44,463 nucleotides of DNA from an uncultured Alphaproteobacteria bacterium (GCA_964531285.1 CAZHDI010000006.1:19315-63777); one strand, 5' to 3'; shown: positions 18,315-27,791, counted from the first letter of the stretch. Made by a program: numbers and translations. Notes: generated by a model from the letters alone, not told the origin.

Positions 18315-18760
18315 TTTGACCTCCCTTTGGTCCCCTAACTCATGGTCCGGCGGCCCGATTTCTCATCCGGCCTCCGGTCACATCACGGTCATGTCTACGT
18401 GATCTCCCTCAGGGTACGGCAGGCCCCGCGCCAGCGACACCGTGATTGCTGGAGAAATTGTCAGCGTACCGCCCGTCTGACAGTTTTATAACTCTTGTTG
18501 CATCGGCCACACAGTCCGTGTGCGGTGCATTCGTGCACATGCACGTAACCCGCCGGTATAAACCCCGGAAACCGGGGCTTTCATCCGTATAAGTGGATAA
18601 ATTGTCAGTCGCACTTGTTGCAGCGCACAATTCCGTTATTAGGGCGATGATCCGGAATTCGTCCGTTACAGGATGATTGTCTGACAACCTTGTGCGCCCG
18701 GGACCGGGCCGCCGGGGCTCGGCACCCGCCGCACGCGTTTGGGCATCTCGGCCGTCACGC

Positions 18761-18790
18761 AAAACGGGCCGGTCCTGTCGGACCGGCCCG
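18761..18790 (-). terminator. Intrinsic terminator after DAHP synthase
   Basis: CGGGCCGGTCC-TGTC-GGACCGGCCCG with TTTT on the - strand. Confidence 0.75.
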
Positions 18791-18823
18791 CATGTCATGG
18801 GCTCAAAGACGGCGCTCGCCGGT

Positions 18824-20203
18824 TCAGCTTGCCCGGCGCAGTGTGTCCTTCTCGCGCTCTTCCTTGATGCCCTCGGCCACCAGAAAGGCGAGTTCGAGCG
18901 CCTGGTTCGCGTTGAGGCGCGGATCGCAATGGGTGTGATAGCGCGAGGACAGATCGTCCTCGGAGATCGCCTGGGCGCCGCCAAGACATTCGGTGACGTT
19001 CTGGCCGGTCATCTCGAAATGCACGCCGCCGGCATAGGTCCCCTCGGCCCGGTGCACGGCGAAGAACTGGCGCATCTCGCTGAGGATCCGCTCGAAGGGC
19101 CGGGTCTTGTAGCCCGTCGCGCCGGCCTTGACCGTGTTGCCGTGCATCGGATCGCATGACCAGACAACCCGCTTGCCGTCCCGCTCGACCGCGCGGATGA
19201 GCGCCGGCAGATGGCCCTCGACCTGGTCCGCGCCATACCGGCAGATCAGGGTCAGGCGCCCCGGCTCATTGTCCGGGTTCAGCAGATCGATGAGACGCAG
19301 GAGGCCATCGGGCTCCAGCGACGGCCCGCATTTGACGCCGATGGGGTTCTTCACCCCGCGCAGGAATTCCACATGGGCATGGTCCGGCTGGCGGGTGCGG
19401 TCGCCGACCCACAGCATGTGGGCAGAAGTGGCGTACCAATCGCCGGAGGTCGAATCCACCCGGGTCAGGGCCTCTTCATAGCCCAGCAGCAGCGCCTCAT
19501 GGCTCGTGAAGACCTCGGTCTGAGACAGTTGCGGCGCGGTCTCGGCATCGACACCGCAGGCGCCCATGAAGCGGATCGCCTCGGTGATGCGGTCGGCCAT
19601 GGCCTCGTACCGCTCGCCCGCCGGACTGTCGTCCACGAAGCCGAGCAGCCAGCGATGGGCATTGTCGAGACCGGCATAACCGCCGCTCGCAAAGGCGCGG
19701 ATCAAATTGAGCGAGGCCGCGGCCTGACCTTACGGCTTGAGCATCCGCTCCGGATCCGGCAGGCGTGCATCGGTGGTGAACTCGATCGCGTTGATGATGT
19801 CGCCGCGATAGGTTGGCAGCTCCACGCCGTTCTGGGTCTCGGTGTCCGCCGAGCGCGGTTTGGCATACTGCCCGGCGATCCGCGCGACCTTCACGACCGG
19901 CACCGCGGCGCCGAAGGTCAGCACAACGGCCATTTGCAGCAGCACCCGGAACATATCGCGCGTGTTGTCGGCGGAGAACTCGGCAAAGCTCTCCGCGCAG
20001 TCGCCGCCCTGGAGCAAAAAGCCCCGCCCGTCCGCCACGTCGGCAAGCTGGCTTTTGAGCGCCCGCGCCTCGCCGGCGAACACCAGCGGCGGATAGCTGG
20101 CCAGCCGGCCCTCGGCATCGGCCTGGACCGCAGGGTCCGGATAGGCGGGAATTTGCTTGGCGGGCTTATCGCGCCAGGATTGAGGCTGCCATGTCTGTGT
20201 CAT
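18824..20203 (-). pseudogene. Class II 3-deoxy-7-phosphoheptulonate (DAHP) synthase with one in-frame TAA at 19730-19732 (pseudogene or sequence error)
   Basis: Both ORF halves are in the same frame: [29 protein letters not shown], then [29 protein letters not shown]. Confidence 0.85.
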
Positions 20204-20244
20204 CGCTCCACTCTTTCGTCTTTACCATCGGCAAAAAGGCGCGG

Positions 20245-21645
20245 TCACCGGCGGGCGGCCACTGCCATATCGTCATCGGGCACGTATTTCTCGCGCATGG
20301 TCACAAGCTCTTCGGCCGCCGTCGGATGAACCGCAACGGTGGCATCGACCTGGGCCTTTGTGGCCCCCATCTTCACCGCGATGGCGAGCATCTGGATCAT
20401 CTCGCCCGCCTCGGCCCCGACCAGATGCGCGCCCAGCACCTTGTCGGTTTCCCGGTCCACCAGCAGCTTCATGAGCATATGCTCCGGCCGGTCGGCAAAA
20501 CCGTGCTTCATGGTCCGGAACGAGGTCTTGTAGATGTCGAAGGGCTTGCCGCTCTTGAGCATATCGAGTTCGGTCTTCCCGACCGTGCCGAGCGGCGGCT
20601 GGCTGAACACCGCCGTGGGCACATTCTCGTAATCCATCGTGGTCGGATTGTTCTTGAACACCGTCTCGACGAAACAAATCCCTTCCCGGATGGCAATGGG
20701 CGTGAGATCCATGCCCCCGCTCATCACATCGCCAAGGGCATAGATGCTATCGCAAGCCGTCTTGAGATACGCATCCGTTTTGATGCCACCCCGCTCGTCC
20801 AGTTCGATGCCGGCGTTCTCCAGGCCAAGGCCCTCCGTATAGGGCAGCCGGCCGGTGGCATAGAGGACCACATCGGCCTCGAACTCCCGCTCGAAGCGGG
20901 TGATGACCGTCAGCCCGCCGCCCTTGCGCGGCTCCAGGCATTTGACATCCGTCTCGGTCTCGATCGTGATGCCCTGGCGCTCCATGTCCCGGTGCAGCAT
21001 GATGCGCAGATCGAGATCGAAGCCGCGCAGGATCTCCGCGCCGCGATAGAGCAGCGTGGTGTCCACGCCCAGGCCATTCATAATGCCGGCGAATTCCACC
21101 GCGATATAGCCGCCGCCGACAATCACGATCTTTTCAGGCAGGCGTTCCAGCTTGAACATGTCGTCGGAGGTGCTGGCATGCTCGATGCCCAGCACATCGC
21201 CGGGCAGATGGGGCTGGGAGCCGGTCGCGATCAGGATCGTCTTGGCCGTGACGTCGCGGTTCTGGTTGACAAGGTGCACCGTGTGCGGATCTTTGATCAC
21301 CGCGCGGTCGTTGATCAGGTCCGCACCGGCACCGGCCAGATTGCGGTTGTAGATGCCCGACAGGCGGGTGAGGTCGTCCTGCACCTTGCCGATCAATTCG
21401 GGCCAATCGAACCGGCGCGGGCCCAGCGACCAGCCGAACCCCTCGGCGGTCTTGAACTCTTCATTGAAATGGCTCGCATAAACGAGCAGCTTTTTCGGCA
21501 CGCAGCCGCGCAACACACAGGTGCCGCCGGGGCGGTCCTCCTCGGCCACCGCGACCCGCGCGCCGGTTTGCGCCGCCAGCCGGCTGGCGCGCACGCCGCC
21601 CGAGCCCGCGCCGATGGTGAAGAGGTCATAGTCGAAGTCAGTCAT
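20245..21645 (-). CDS. gor: Glutathione-disulfide reductase
   Basis: GAGSGG, GGTCVLRGCVPKK, GGGYIAVEFAG, HPTAAEE. Confidence 0.96.
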   Translation of the reverse strand: MTDFDYDLFTIGAGSGGVRASRLAAQTGARVAVAEEDRPGGTCVLRGCVPKKLLVYASHFNEEFKTAEGFGWSLGPRRFDWPELIGKVQDDLTRLSGIYNRNLAGAGADLINDRAVIKDPHTVHLVNQNRDVTAKTILIATGSQPHLPGDVLGIEHASTSDDMFKLERLPEKIVIVGGGYIAVEFAGIMNGLGVDTTLLYRGAEILRGFDLDLRIMLHRDMERQGITIETETDVKCLEPRKGGGLTVITRFEREFEADVVLYATGRLPYTEGLGLENAGIELDERGGIKTDAYLKTACDSIYALGDVMSGGMDLTPIAIREGICFVETVFKNNPTTMDYENVPTAVFSQPPLGTVGKTELDMLKSGKPFDIYKTSFRTMKHGFADRPEHMLMKLLVDRETDKVLGAHLVGAEAGEMIQMLAIAVKMGATKAQVDATVAVHPTAAEELVTMREKYVPDDDMAVAARR

Positions 21646-21847
21646 TGCGTCTCACCTGCTTTGCAAGGCACATTATTGCATGAATTGACGATTTGGCGAC
21701 CATTCAATGCGGATTGAAGGCTAATTTCCAGGCAGGCAATGCGCCCGGCCCCGTATGGAGACGGCGCGCCGCCCGATGGGACCTTACCCTACAAGGATCG
21801 GCCGCGGATTTCGCCCCGCCGCCATGAACCGTGATCGGAACGGGCGC

Positions 21848-22594
21848 TTATCCGGCGGGCCGGTCGATCCGCCGCACGGTGTCCGGTGCCGGTCCGGTGC
21901 CCAGCAAGGCGGTGCGGGCCAGGGTCAGGAACAGACCGTGATCGACAACGCCGGGGATCATGGCGAGGGTCGCCGCGACCGCCGCCGGATCCTCGATCCG
22001 CGCCAGATGGGCATCGAAGATCCAATTGCCGGAATCGGTAATGACCGGCGTGCCCGCGCCGTTCTCGCGCCGGGCCAGCGCATGATCGGCAAAGCCCAGG
22101 GCCTTGAGCGCATGTCCGATATGGTGCGCGGTCACCGGCGCGCCGAACGGTACGACCTCGACCGGCAAGGGAAAGCCGCCCAGCGTGTCCACCAGTTTCG
22201 AGGCATCGGCAATGACCACCATCCGGAGCGAGGCCGCCGCCACGATCTTTTCGCGCAGCAGCGCGCCGCCACCGCCCTTGATCAAGCGCAGATCGCCGTC
22301 GAGTTCGTCCGCCCCGTCGACCGTCAGATCGAGCGGCGCCAAGTCCTCCAGCGGGCGAACGGTCAGTCCGTGTTCCGCCGCCAGCGCCTCGGTGGCCGCG
22401 GAGGTCGCCGCGCAGGACACGGCGAGGCCCCGAGCCACCCGCTCGCCCAGCGCGGCAACGAAATGCGCCGCGGTCGATCCGGTCCCCAGGCCGACGCGCA
22501 TGCCGTCTTCGATCAGATCCACCGCGGCCAGCGCCGCGGCGCGCTTTTGCTGGTCCGGTGTTCCGGTGATATCGGCTGGCGCTTCAGACATCAT
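21848..22594 (-). CDS. rpiA: Ribose-5-phosphate isomerase A
   Basis: GLGTGSTA, DGADE, IKGGGGALLREK, PGVVDHGLF. Confidence 0.97.
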   Translation of the reverse strand: MMSEAPADITGTPDQQKRAAALAAVDLIEDGMRVGLGTGSTAAHFVAALGERVARGLAVSCAATSAATEALAAEHGLTVRPLEDLAPLDLTVDGADELDGDLRLIKGGGGALLREKIVAAASLRMVVIADASKLVDTLGGFPLPVEVVPFGAPVTAHHIGHALKALGFADHALARRENGAGTPVITDSGNWIFDAHLARIEDPAAVAATLAMIPGVVDHGLFLTLARTALLGTGPAPDTVRRIDRPAG

Positions 22595-23289
22595 ACTGCT
22601 ACCTCCGATCCGCCGTCCCGGCGCGGGCGGCCATCATCGATCTCACCCTGACGGGCGCCCGCGAGAGCCGAAATTACCGCACACAGACGATCAAAATGAT
22701 CGCGCGGCACGGCCAGGGTAACCTGACCGCCGGCCAGGCGCTCATAAAGAAGGGCGACCTTGCTCAGCCACGGCTCGTCCTCCGGGTCGGCCAGACCATG
22801 GACAATCAGGGTCTTGACGAACGAGCCCGGCGGTTCCTCCGGCCCCGGCACGGCCCCGAACCGGCTGAGCCGGACCCGGCCCGCCGCGCCGAGCAGACCC
22901 CAGGCCAGCATGAACCCGGCGAGATAATCGCCCTTGCGATACAGCCGCCGCGCATCGGCGAGCCGGGCGCGCACATCGTCCAAATCGGGCAGATCGGCCA
23001 GCGCGTCGGCGCCGTGCTCGGGCAGGATCAAGCGGAACTGCCAGCCCGCCTCGTCTTGCGCCGCTTGGGCCAGACGGCGCAGCCGGTCGGCTTCCGGCGC
23101 TCCGCCGCCATCGGCGCGGATCGCATAGACCAGCGCAGTTCCGTCCTTGACCGCCATCAGATCCGGACACAGAACATCGCCGTCGCCCCGGCCGATGCGG
23201 GGGCGCACCTCCACGCTGTAGCCTTCATCGATCAACTGGCGGCGCAGGCGGGTCAGCACCTCGCCGGTTGTATCGGCGTTTTTGATCAT
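22591..23289 (-). CDS. Hypothetical protein: restriction-endonuclease-like N-domain plus helical (HEPN-like) C-domain, catalytic motifs look degenerate
   Basis: EGYSVEV...PDLMAVK...VYAIR...GWQFRLI then A.F.LAW helices; ATGA overlaps at both ends. The fold call is by eye. Confidence 0.6.
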   Translation of the reverse strand: MIKNADTTGEVLTRLRRQLIDEGYSVEVRPRIGRGDGDVLCPDLMAVKDGTALVYAIRADGGGAPEADRLRRLAQAAQDEAGWQFRLILPEHGADALADLPDLDDVRARLADARRLYRKGDYLAGFMLAWGLLGAAGRVRLSRFGAVPGPEEPPGSFVKTLIVHGLADPEDEPWLSKVALLYERLAGGQVTLAVPRDHFDRLCAVISALAGARQGEIDDGRPRRDGGSEVAV

Positions 23290-23771
23290 GACCGATCCTT
23301 TCCAGGTCCAGGGCCTGCGGGCATGTCGCCCGGCATGGCGCCGTGATCGGGCCCGTCGCCGATCCGGACATAAACGAAATGCGAGCAGGCGCCCAAATGC
23401 GCGGCGACCAGCGGCGGCGGATCGGTAAGCACGAACCCGGGCCCCTGTCTGGTGCGCCGGGCGATGACCTGCGTGATCATCCGGTCGTCGCGATAAACAA
23501 GACCCGTCAGCGCATCGAGCACATGTTTCGGGATATTGTCCGTATCGAGCCTGAACGGGCCGGTGTGGAACAGCACGATGAGCGCCGCCAGATCGCCCTC
23601 GCTGCGGAACCGCCAGCCGCTCAGGAATCCCGCCGCCGTCTCGGCCACCCGCTGGCGCCAGCGCCGCGCGGCCTTGCGGTCGTTGTTCGCGGACACCGGC
23701 AGGCCTTCGATGACGCATTCGAAAGGCGCCTCGTCCACCCGATGTGCAACCGACCCAAATGTGCCGTGCAT
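23286..23771 (-). CDS. RusA-family endodeoxyribonuclease-like protein
   Basis: IEGLPVS and DTDNIPKHVLDAL...YRDDRMI match the RusA DxDNxxK...D...DD signature; start uncertain (23771 chosen). Confidence 0.8.
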   Translation of the reverse strand: MHGTFGSVAHRVDEAPFECVIEGLPVSANNDRKAARRWRQRVAETAAGFLSGWRFRSEGDLAALIVLFHTGPFRLDTDNIPKHVLDALTGLVYRDDRMITQVIARRTRQGPGFVLTDPPPLVAAHLGACSHFVYVRIGDGPDHGAMPGDMPAGPGPGKDRS

Positions 23772-23811
23772 GACCCCGGCTCCCCTGACGGGTGTTTCTC
23801 CAGACAGACCG

Positions 23812-25479
23812 TCACTCTGCCGCATTCACCTTCGCGGTCAGTTTACGGTCCCGGAAGCGCGCCGCCCAGTCCTCATGCTCTTTTTGCGCCGGCCGCGTGA
23901 CCGCGAGCGCATTCGGGCTGACATTGCGGGTGATCACGCTGCCCGCGCCGGTATAAGCGCCCTCGCCCACGGTCACCGGAGCCACCAGGGACGCGTTGGT
24001 GCCGACAAAGGCGCCCGCGCCGATCCGGGTCTCGAACTTATCGAAGCCGTCATAATTGCAGGTGATTGCGCCGGCGCCGATATTGGCTTCCGGGCCGATC
24101 ACCACATCGCCCATATAGGACAGATGATTGATCTTGGCGCCTGCGCCGACCTTGGCCTGTTTGGTCTCGACAAAATTGCCGACGCGCACGCGCGCGCCCA
24201 ACTCCGTCCCCGGACGGATCCGCGCGAAGGGGCCGACCACCGCCCCCCGGCCGATGCGGGCGCCCTCGATATGGGAAAACGCCTTGATCTCGGCACCGGC
24301 CTCCACAACGACGCCCGGTCCGAACACCACATTCTGGCCGACCGTGACATCCTCGCCGATCACCGTATCCCACGCGAAATAGGCCGTGAACGGATCGAGC
24401 AGGGTCACGCCGCCCGCCATGACCTCCGCGCGCCGCCGGGTCTGGAACACCGCCTCGGCCAGGGCAAGCTGATCGCGGCTGTTCACTCCGAGCACTTCCT
24501 CCGGATCGCCTTCGACTGCTTGGGCCTTGAGATTTTGCTGGCGGGCCAGAGCCACAATATCGGTGAGGTAGTATTCCTGCTTCACGTTGTCGTTGCCGAT
24601 CTTGTCGAGGAGCGCGAACAGCATCGCCCCGTCGATCAGCATCACACCGGCATTGCACAAGGTCACCGCCAGTTGATCAGGCGTTGCGTCCTTGGCCTCG
24701 ACGATGGCATGGAGCGCGCCGTCGCGGCCCGAAATCAGCCGTCCGTACCCGGTCGGATCGTCCGGCGTGAACCCCAGCGCGACCACCGCATTGCCGCGCG
24801 CGCGGGCCTCGCGCATCGCCACCAGGGTTTCCGGCCGGATGAGCGGAGTGTCGGCATACATGACCAGCACGTCGCCGCGATGGTCTTTCAGCACCGGGCG
24901 CGCGGCCATGACCGCATGGCCGGTGCCCAATGGCGGGTCCTGCACGACCGTGCGCACGGTCGGCGCAAAGCCCTCCGCCGCTTCGGCAACCGCGTCGCTG
25001 TCCCGGCCGACCACGGTCACCATGACCGCCGGGTCGAACTGGCTGCACACCGCCAGCACATGATGGAGCATCGCGCGCCCGCCGATCTCATGCAGCACCT
25101 TCGGGGTCGCCGATCGCATGCGAGTGCCCTGACCGGCGGCCAGAACCACGCAAGCCAGCCCCTCCAGATCATGGGCCGGCACGCCGTCCCGATGCGGCGC
25201 ATCCGCCGGACCCTCGGGCGCGGGCGCACCTTCGCCCGCCAGGCCCGCGCGCAGGGCATCGCCCGGACCGGGCTCACTGCCGCCGCCCGCCGGTTGCCCC
25301 GCCGGCGCGCCGCTATGCAGGCCCTCATAATCGCCATAGGGGCTTTCAAACACCGCCGAGGGATCGGGCTCGGCCGGCCCCGGGTCCGGCGCGCGTGCGG
25401 GGCGCAAGGCGGGGCCGTCCAGCGGCGCATCCTGATCGGCGCGGGGCGGGTGCGGGGGCTTGGGGCCGGTCTCAGTCAT
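23812..25479 (-). CDS. glmU: Bifunctional UDP-GlcNAc pyrophosphorylase / glucosamine-1-phosphate acetyltransferase; start uncertain (25479, or GTG at 25182)
   Basis: LAAGQGTRMRS..PKVLH, EYYLTD, VGPFARIRP, HLSYMGD, ITCNYDG and hexapeptide repeats. Confidence 0.95.
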   Translation of the reverse strand: MTETGPKPPHPPRADQDAPLDGPALRPARAPDPGPAEPDPSAVFESPYGDYEGLHSGAPAGQPAGGGSEPGPGDALRAGLAGEGAPAPEGPADAPHRDGVPAHDLEGLACVVLAAGQGTRMRSATPKVLHEIGGRAMLHHVLAVCSQFDPAVMVTVVGRDSDAVAEAAEGFAPTVRTVVQDPPLGTGHAVMAARPVLKDHRGDVLVMYADTPLIRPETLVAMREARARGNAVVALGFTPDDPTGYGRLISGRDGALHAIVEAKDATPDQLAVTLCNAGVMLIDGAMLFALLDKIGNDNVKQEYYLTDIVALARQQNLKAQAVEGDPEEVLGVNSRDQLALAEAVFQTRRRAEVMAGGVTLLDPFTAYFAWDTVIGEDVTVGQNVVFGPGVVVEAGAEIKAFSHIEGARIGRGAVVGPFARIRPGTELGARVRVGNFVETKQAKVGAGAKINHLSYMGDVVIGPEANIGAGAITCNYDGFDKFETRIGAGAFVGTNASLVAPVTVGEGAYTGAGSVITRNVSPNALAVTRPAQKEHEDWAARFRDRKLTAKVNAAE

Positions 25480-25675
25480 GATGGTGTTCCCGTCAGTGGG
25501 CCTTCGGAGGGGGCAGAAGAAACCAAAACAATGTCACAGCCCCTTTCGAGCGCAAGGGCCTGGCGGATACCCGCACGGCGCTGCCCTTTATCGCTGCGCA
25601 GCCTATGGCATTGCCGGTATAGAAGCGCAGACATCTCGTCTGATTCGCCCCGTGTGATGAGCCTGGAGCCGCCCC

Positions 25676-26374
25676 GTGCCCGACCAAACGTCCGCCCTTG
25701 CCGGCGCCACCATCGTGTTCGACCTTGACGGCACCTTGATCGACACCGCACCCGATCTGGCGCGGGCGGCCAATGTTGCCCTGGGCGCGGAGGGGCGCCC
25801 GGCGGTGCCCATCGAGTCCTTGCGCGGCTTTGTCGGCCATGGCGGGCGGCGGCTCATCGCCGAGGGCCTGGAGGCCACCGGCGGCCCGGTCCCGCCGACC
25901 CGGCTCGACGCGCTGCTGGAGATCTTCCTGGCGCATTACAGCGCCCATATCGCCGAGGACAGCCGCCCGTTTCCGGGGGCCCTCGCCTGTCTCGACCGGC
26001 TGGCCGACGCCGGCGCGCATCTGGCGATCTGTACCAACAAGCGCGAGGGGCTCGCGCGCCAGCTGTTCGATGCGCTGGACCTGACGGCGCGCTTCGGCGC
26101 CATTGTCGGCGGCGACACCATGGGCGTGGCCAAACCCGATGCGGCCCCGCTCCTCGCGGCGATCGAGCGCGCGGGCGGCACAAGGGCGCGCGCCGTTATG
26201 GTGGGCGACACGCCCACCGATGTCGGCGCGGCCCGGGCGGCGGACGTGCCCGTGGTAGCGGTCTCCTTCGGCTATGCCAAGGGCGATCCGGCGGCCATGG
26301 GCGCCGATGCGCTGATCGATCATTTCGACGGTCTCGACGCCGCCGCCGCGCGGCTTTTGGGCATGGCCGCCTGA
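25676..26374 (+). CDS. gph: HAD hydrolase, phosphoglycolate phosphatase-like
   Basis: FDLDGTLIDT, CTNK, KPD, MVGD...D. Confidence 0.85.
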   Translation: MPDQTSALAGATIVFDLDGTLIDTAPDLARAANVALGAEGRPAVPIESLRGFVGHGGRRLIAEGLEATGGPVPPTRLDALLEIFLAHYSAHIAEDSRPFPGALACLDRLADAGAHLAICTNKREGLARQLFDALDLTARFGAIVGGDTMGVAKPDAAPLLAAIERAGGTRARAVMVGDTPTDVGAARAADVPVVAVSFGYAKGDPAAMGADALIDHFDGLDAAAARLLGMAA

Positions 26375-26412
26375 GCGCCGGCCCGGGGGCCTTCCCTGGC
26401 CCCCCGCCAGAC

Positions 26413-26442
26413 TTGACGCGGCCCGCCCGCACGGCTAGCAAT
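26413..26442 (+). promoter_or_regulatory. Probable sigma70 promoter of tRNA-Val
   Basis: TTGACG-N17-TAGCAA(T), about 20 nt upstream of the tRNA. Confidence 0.55.
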
Positions 26443-26460
26443 CTCGTCTTCGCGACAGGC

Positions 26461-26535
26461 GGGCACGTAGCTCAGTGGGAGAGCACTGTCTTCACACGGC
26501 AGGGGTCGCTGGTTCAATCCCAGCCGTGCCCACCA
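26461..26535 (+). tRNA. tRNA-Val (anticodon CAC)
   Basis: Acceptor GGGCACG/CGTGCCC, D arm GCTC/GAGC, anticodon arm CTGTC-TTCACAC-GGCAG, T arm GCTGG-TTCAATC-CCAGC, encoded CCA. Confidence 0.97.
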
Positions 26536-26591
26536 TTCACCTCAAAAGACGAGACCCTGAGGCGCCCCGCTCATACGGGCGGCGCCGGGGA

Positions 26592-26966
26592 TCAGGGCTG
26601 CGCGCCGGCGCACAGGTCGGCGAGTGCGTCGTCCTTGGCGAGGTAACGCACCACATCGGTCATGGTGCGCGCGCCGACGTCATAGGCGGCGGTGATCCCG
26701 GCGATCACATCGGGGAGTTTGGCCTGCGCTTCGGCGCAAAACGCTCCGGTATCAAGAACGCCCGCGGCATGGCGTGCCTCCAGAACATAATACTCCGCTT
26801 CGATCACATCGGTGATCGCGACGAGCCCGACCTCGAAGCGCGTCTGCGCCTCGGCGGCGAGGGCCTCCGCCCGCGCCACCGGATCCGGGCGCTCATGGGG
26901 CGCCGCGGCCCCGGCTACACCTGAGCCCCCTGCTGTCAGGGCGATGATCAGGACCAAGACACGCAT
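26592..26966 (-). CDS. Small exported protein with two TolC/OEP-like helical motifs
   Basis: Signal peptide; RFEVGLVAITDVIEAE and AYDVGARTMTDVVRY; last gene of the operon. Confidence 0.6.
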   Translation of the reverse strand: MRVLVLIIALTAGGSGVAGAAAPHERPDPVARAEALAAEAQTRFEVGLVAITDVIEAEYYVLEARHAAGVLDTGAFCAEAQAKLPDVIAGITAAYDVGARTMTDVVRYLAKDDALADLCAGAQP

Positions 26967-26973
26967 GACGCCT

Positions 26974-27786
26974 TCACCGGGTACCGACCATGCCGCCGTC
27001 GGTGGCGATCACCTCGCCGACCACATAGGCCCCGGCGCGCGAGGACAAAAAGATCGTCAGACCCGCAATGTCTTCGGCCGTCCCGACCCGACCCGACGGA
27101 TTGGACCGTCCGACGGCGTCCCAATCCACGCCGTCACCCTCGACCTTGCCGCCGAAGCCGACCCCGGTGCTGAGCATCCAGGTCGGATACGGTCCCGGCG
27201 CAATGGCGTTGCAGTTGATATGCTCCTTGGTCAGATGGGTGGCCAGGAAGCGGGTCAAATGATGCACAGCCGCCTTCGAGGCCCCATAGGAGAATGTGTC
27301 GAAGGAGGACGATTTCAGCCCGTCGATGGAGCCGATATTGATCACCCGGGCCGGATCGCCGGGGCTCCCGGCGCGGCGCAGTTGGGGCAGCAACTTCTGG
27401 GTCAGGAAGAAAACGCCTTTGACATTGACATCCATGACCTTGTCCCAGCCGATTTCCGGGAACTCGTCGATCGGTGCCCCCCAGGAGGCCCCGGCATTGT
27501 TGACCAGGATATCGAGCTTCTCCTCCCGCTTGGCGATCTCGCCAGCCAGATAGGTGCACCCCTCGACGCTCGACAGATCCGCGGGGATCGAGATGCAGGT
27601 CCCTCCGTAGGCGGCGCTCAGACGCTCAGCGGTCTCGTCGCACACCTCGCGCTTGCGCGAACTGATATAGACTTTCACGCCATTGGCCAGAAAGCCCGCG
27701 GCGATCATCTCGCCGATCCCCCGCGAGCCGCCGGATACGAGTGCCGTTTTCCCGCGCACCGAAAACAGATTGGTCAGATCGGCCAT
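26974..27786 (-). CDS. SDR family oxidoreductase
   Basis: GGSRGIG, LVNNAG, YGASK, NAIAPG; start at 27786 or 27795. Confidence 0.93.
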   Translation of the reverse strand: MADLTNLFSVRGKTALVSGGSRGIGEMIAAGFLANGVKVYISSRKREVCDETAERLSAAYGGTCISIPADLSSVEGCTYLAGEIAKREEKLDILVNNAGASWGAPIDEFPEIGWDKVMDVNVKGVFFLTQKLLPQLRRAGSPGDPARVINIGSIDGLKSSSFDTFSYGASKAAVHHLTRFLATHLTKEHINCNAIAPGPYPTWMLSTGVGFGGKVEGDGVDWDAVGRSNPSGRVGTAEDIAGLTIFLSSRAGAYVVGEVIATDGGMVGTR

Positions 27787-27791
27787 GGCTG

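Noticed and set aside
18315-18760. Cobalamin or TPP riboswitch upstream of the first TBDR
   Set aside because: I could not identify the conserved riboswitch boxes by eye; an Rfam scan would settle it.
19705-19732. Programmed frameshift or selenocysteine/pyrrolysine recoding in DAHP synthase
   Set aside because: The two halves are in the same frame and the stop is TAA, which is not used for Sec or Pyl.
21666-21680. Sigma54-like AGGCAC...TTGCA
   Set aside because: The GG-GC spacing is 9 rather than 10 nt, and the element points away from gor.
23286-23771. Prophage remnant marked by rusA
   Set aside because: No other phage genes or att sites; the gene is coupled into a housekeeping operon.
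26461-26600. tRNA-Val as the integration site of a genomic island
   Set aside because: No integrase downstream and I saw no duplicate of the tRNA 3' end in the window; the downstream genes have host-like composition.
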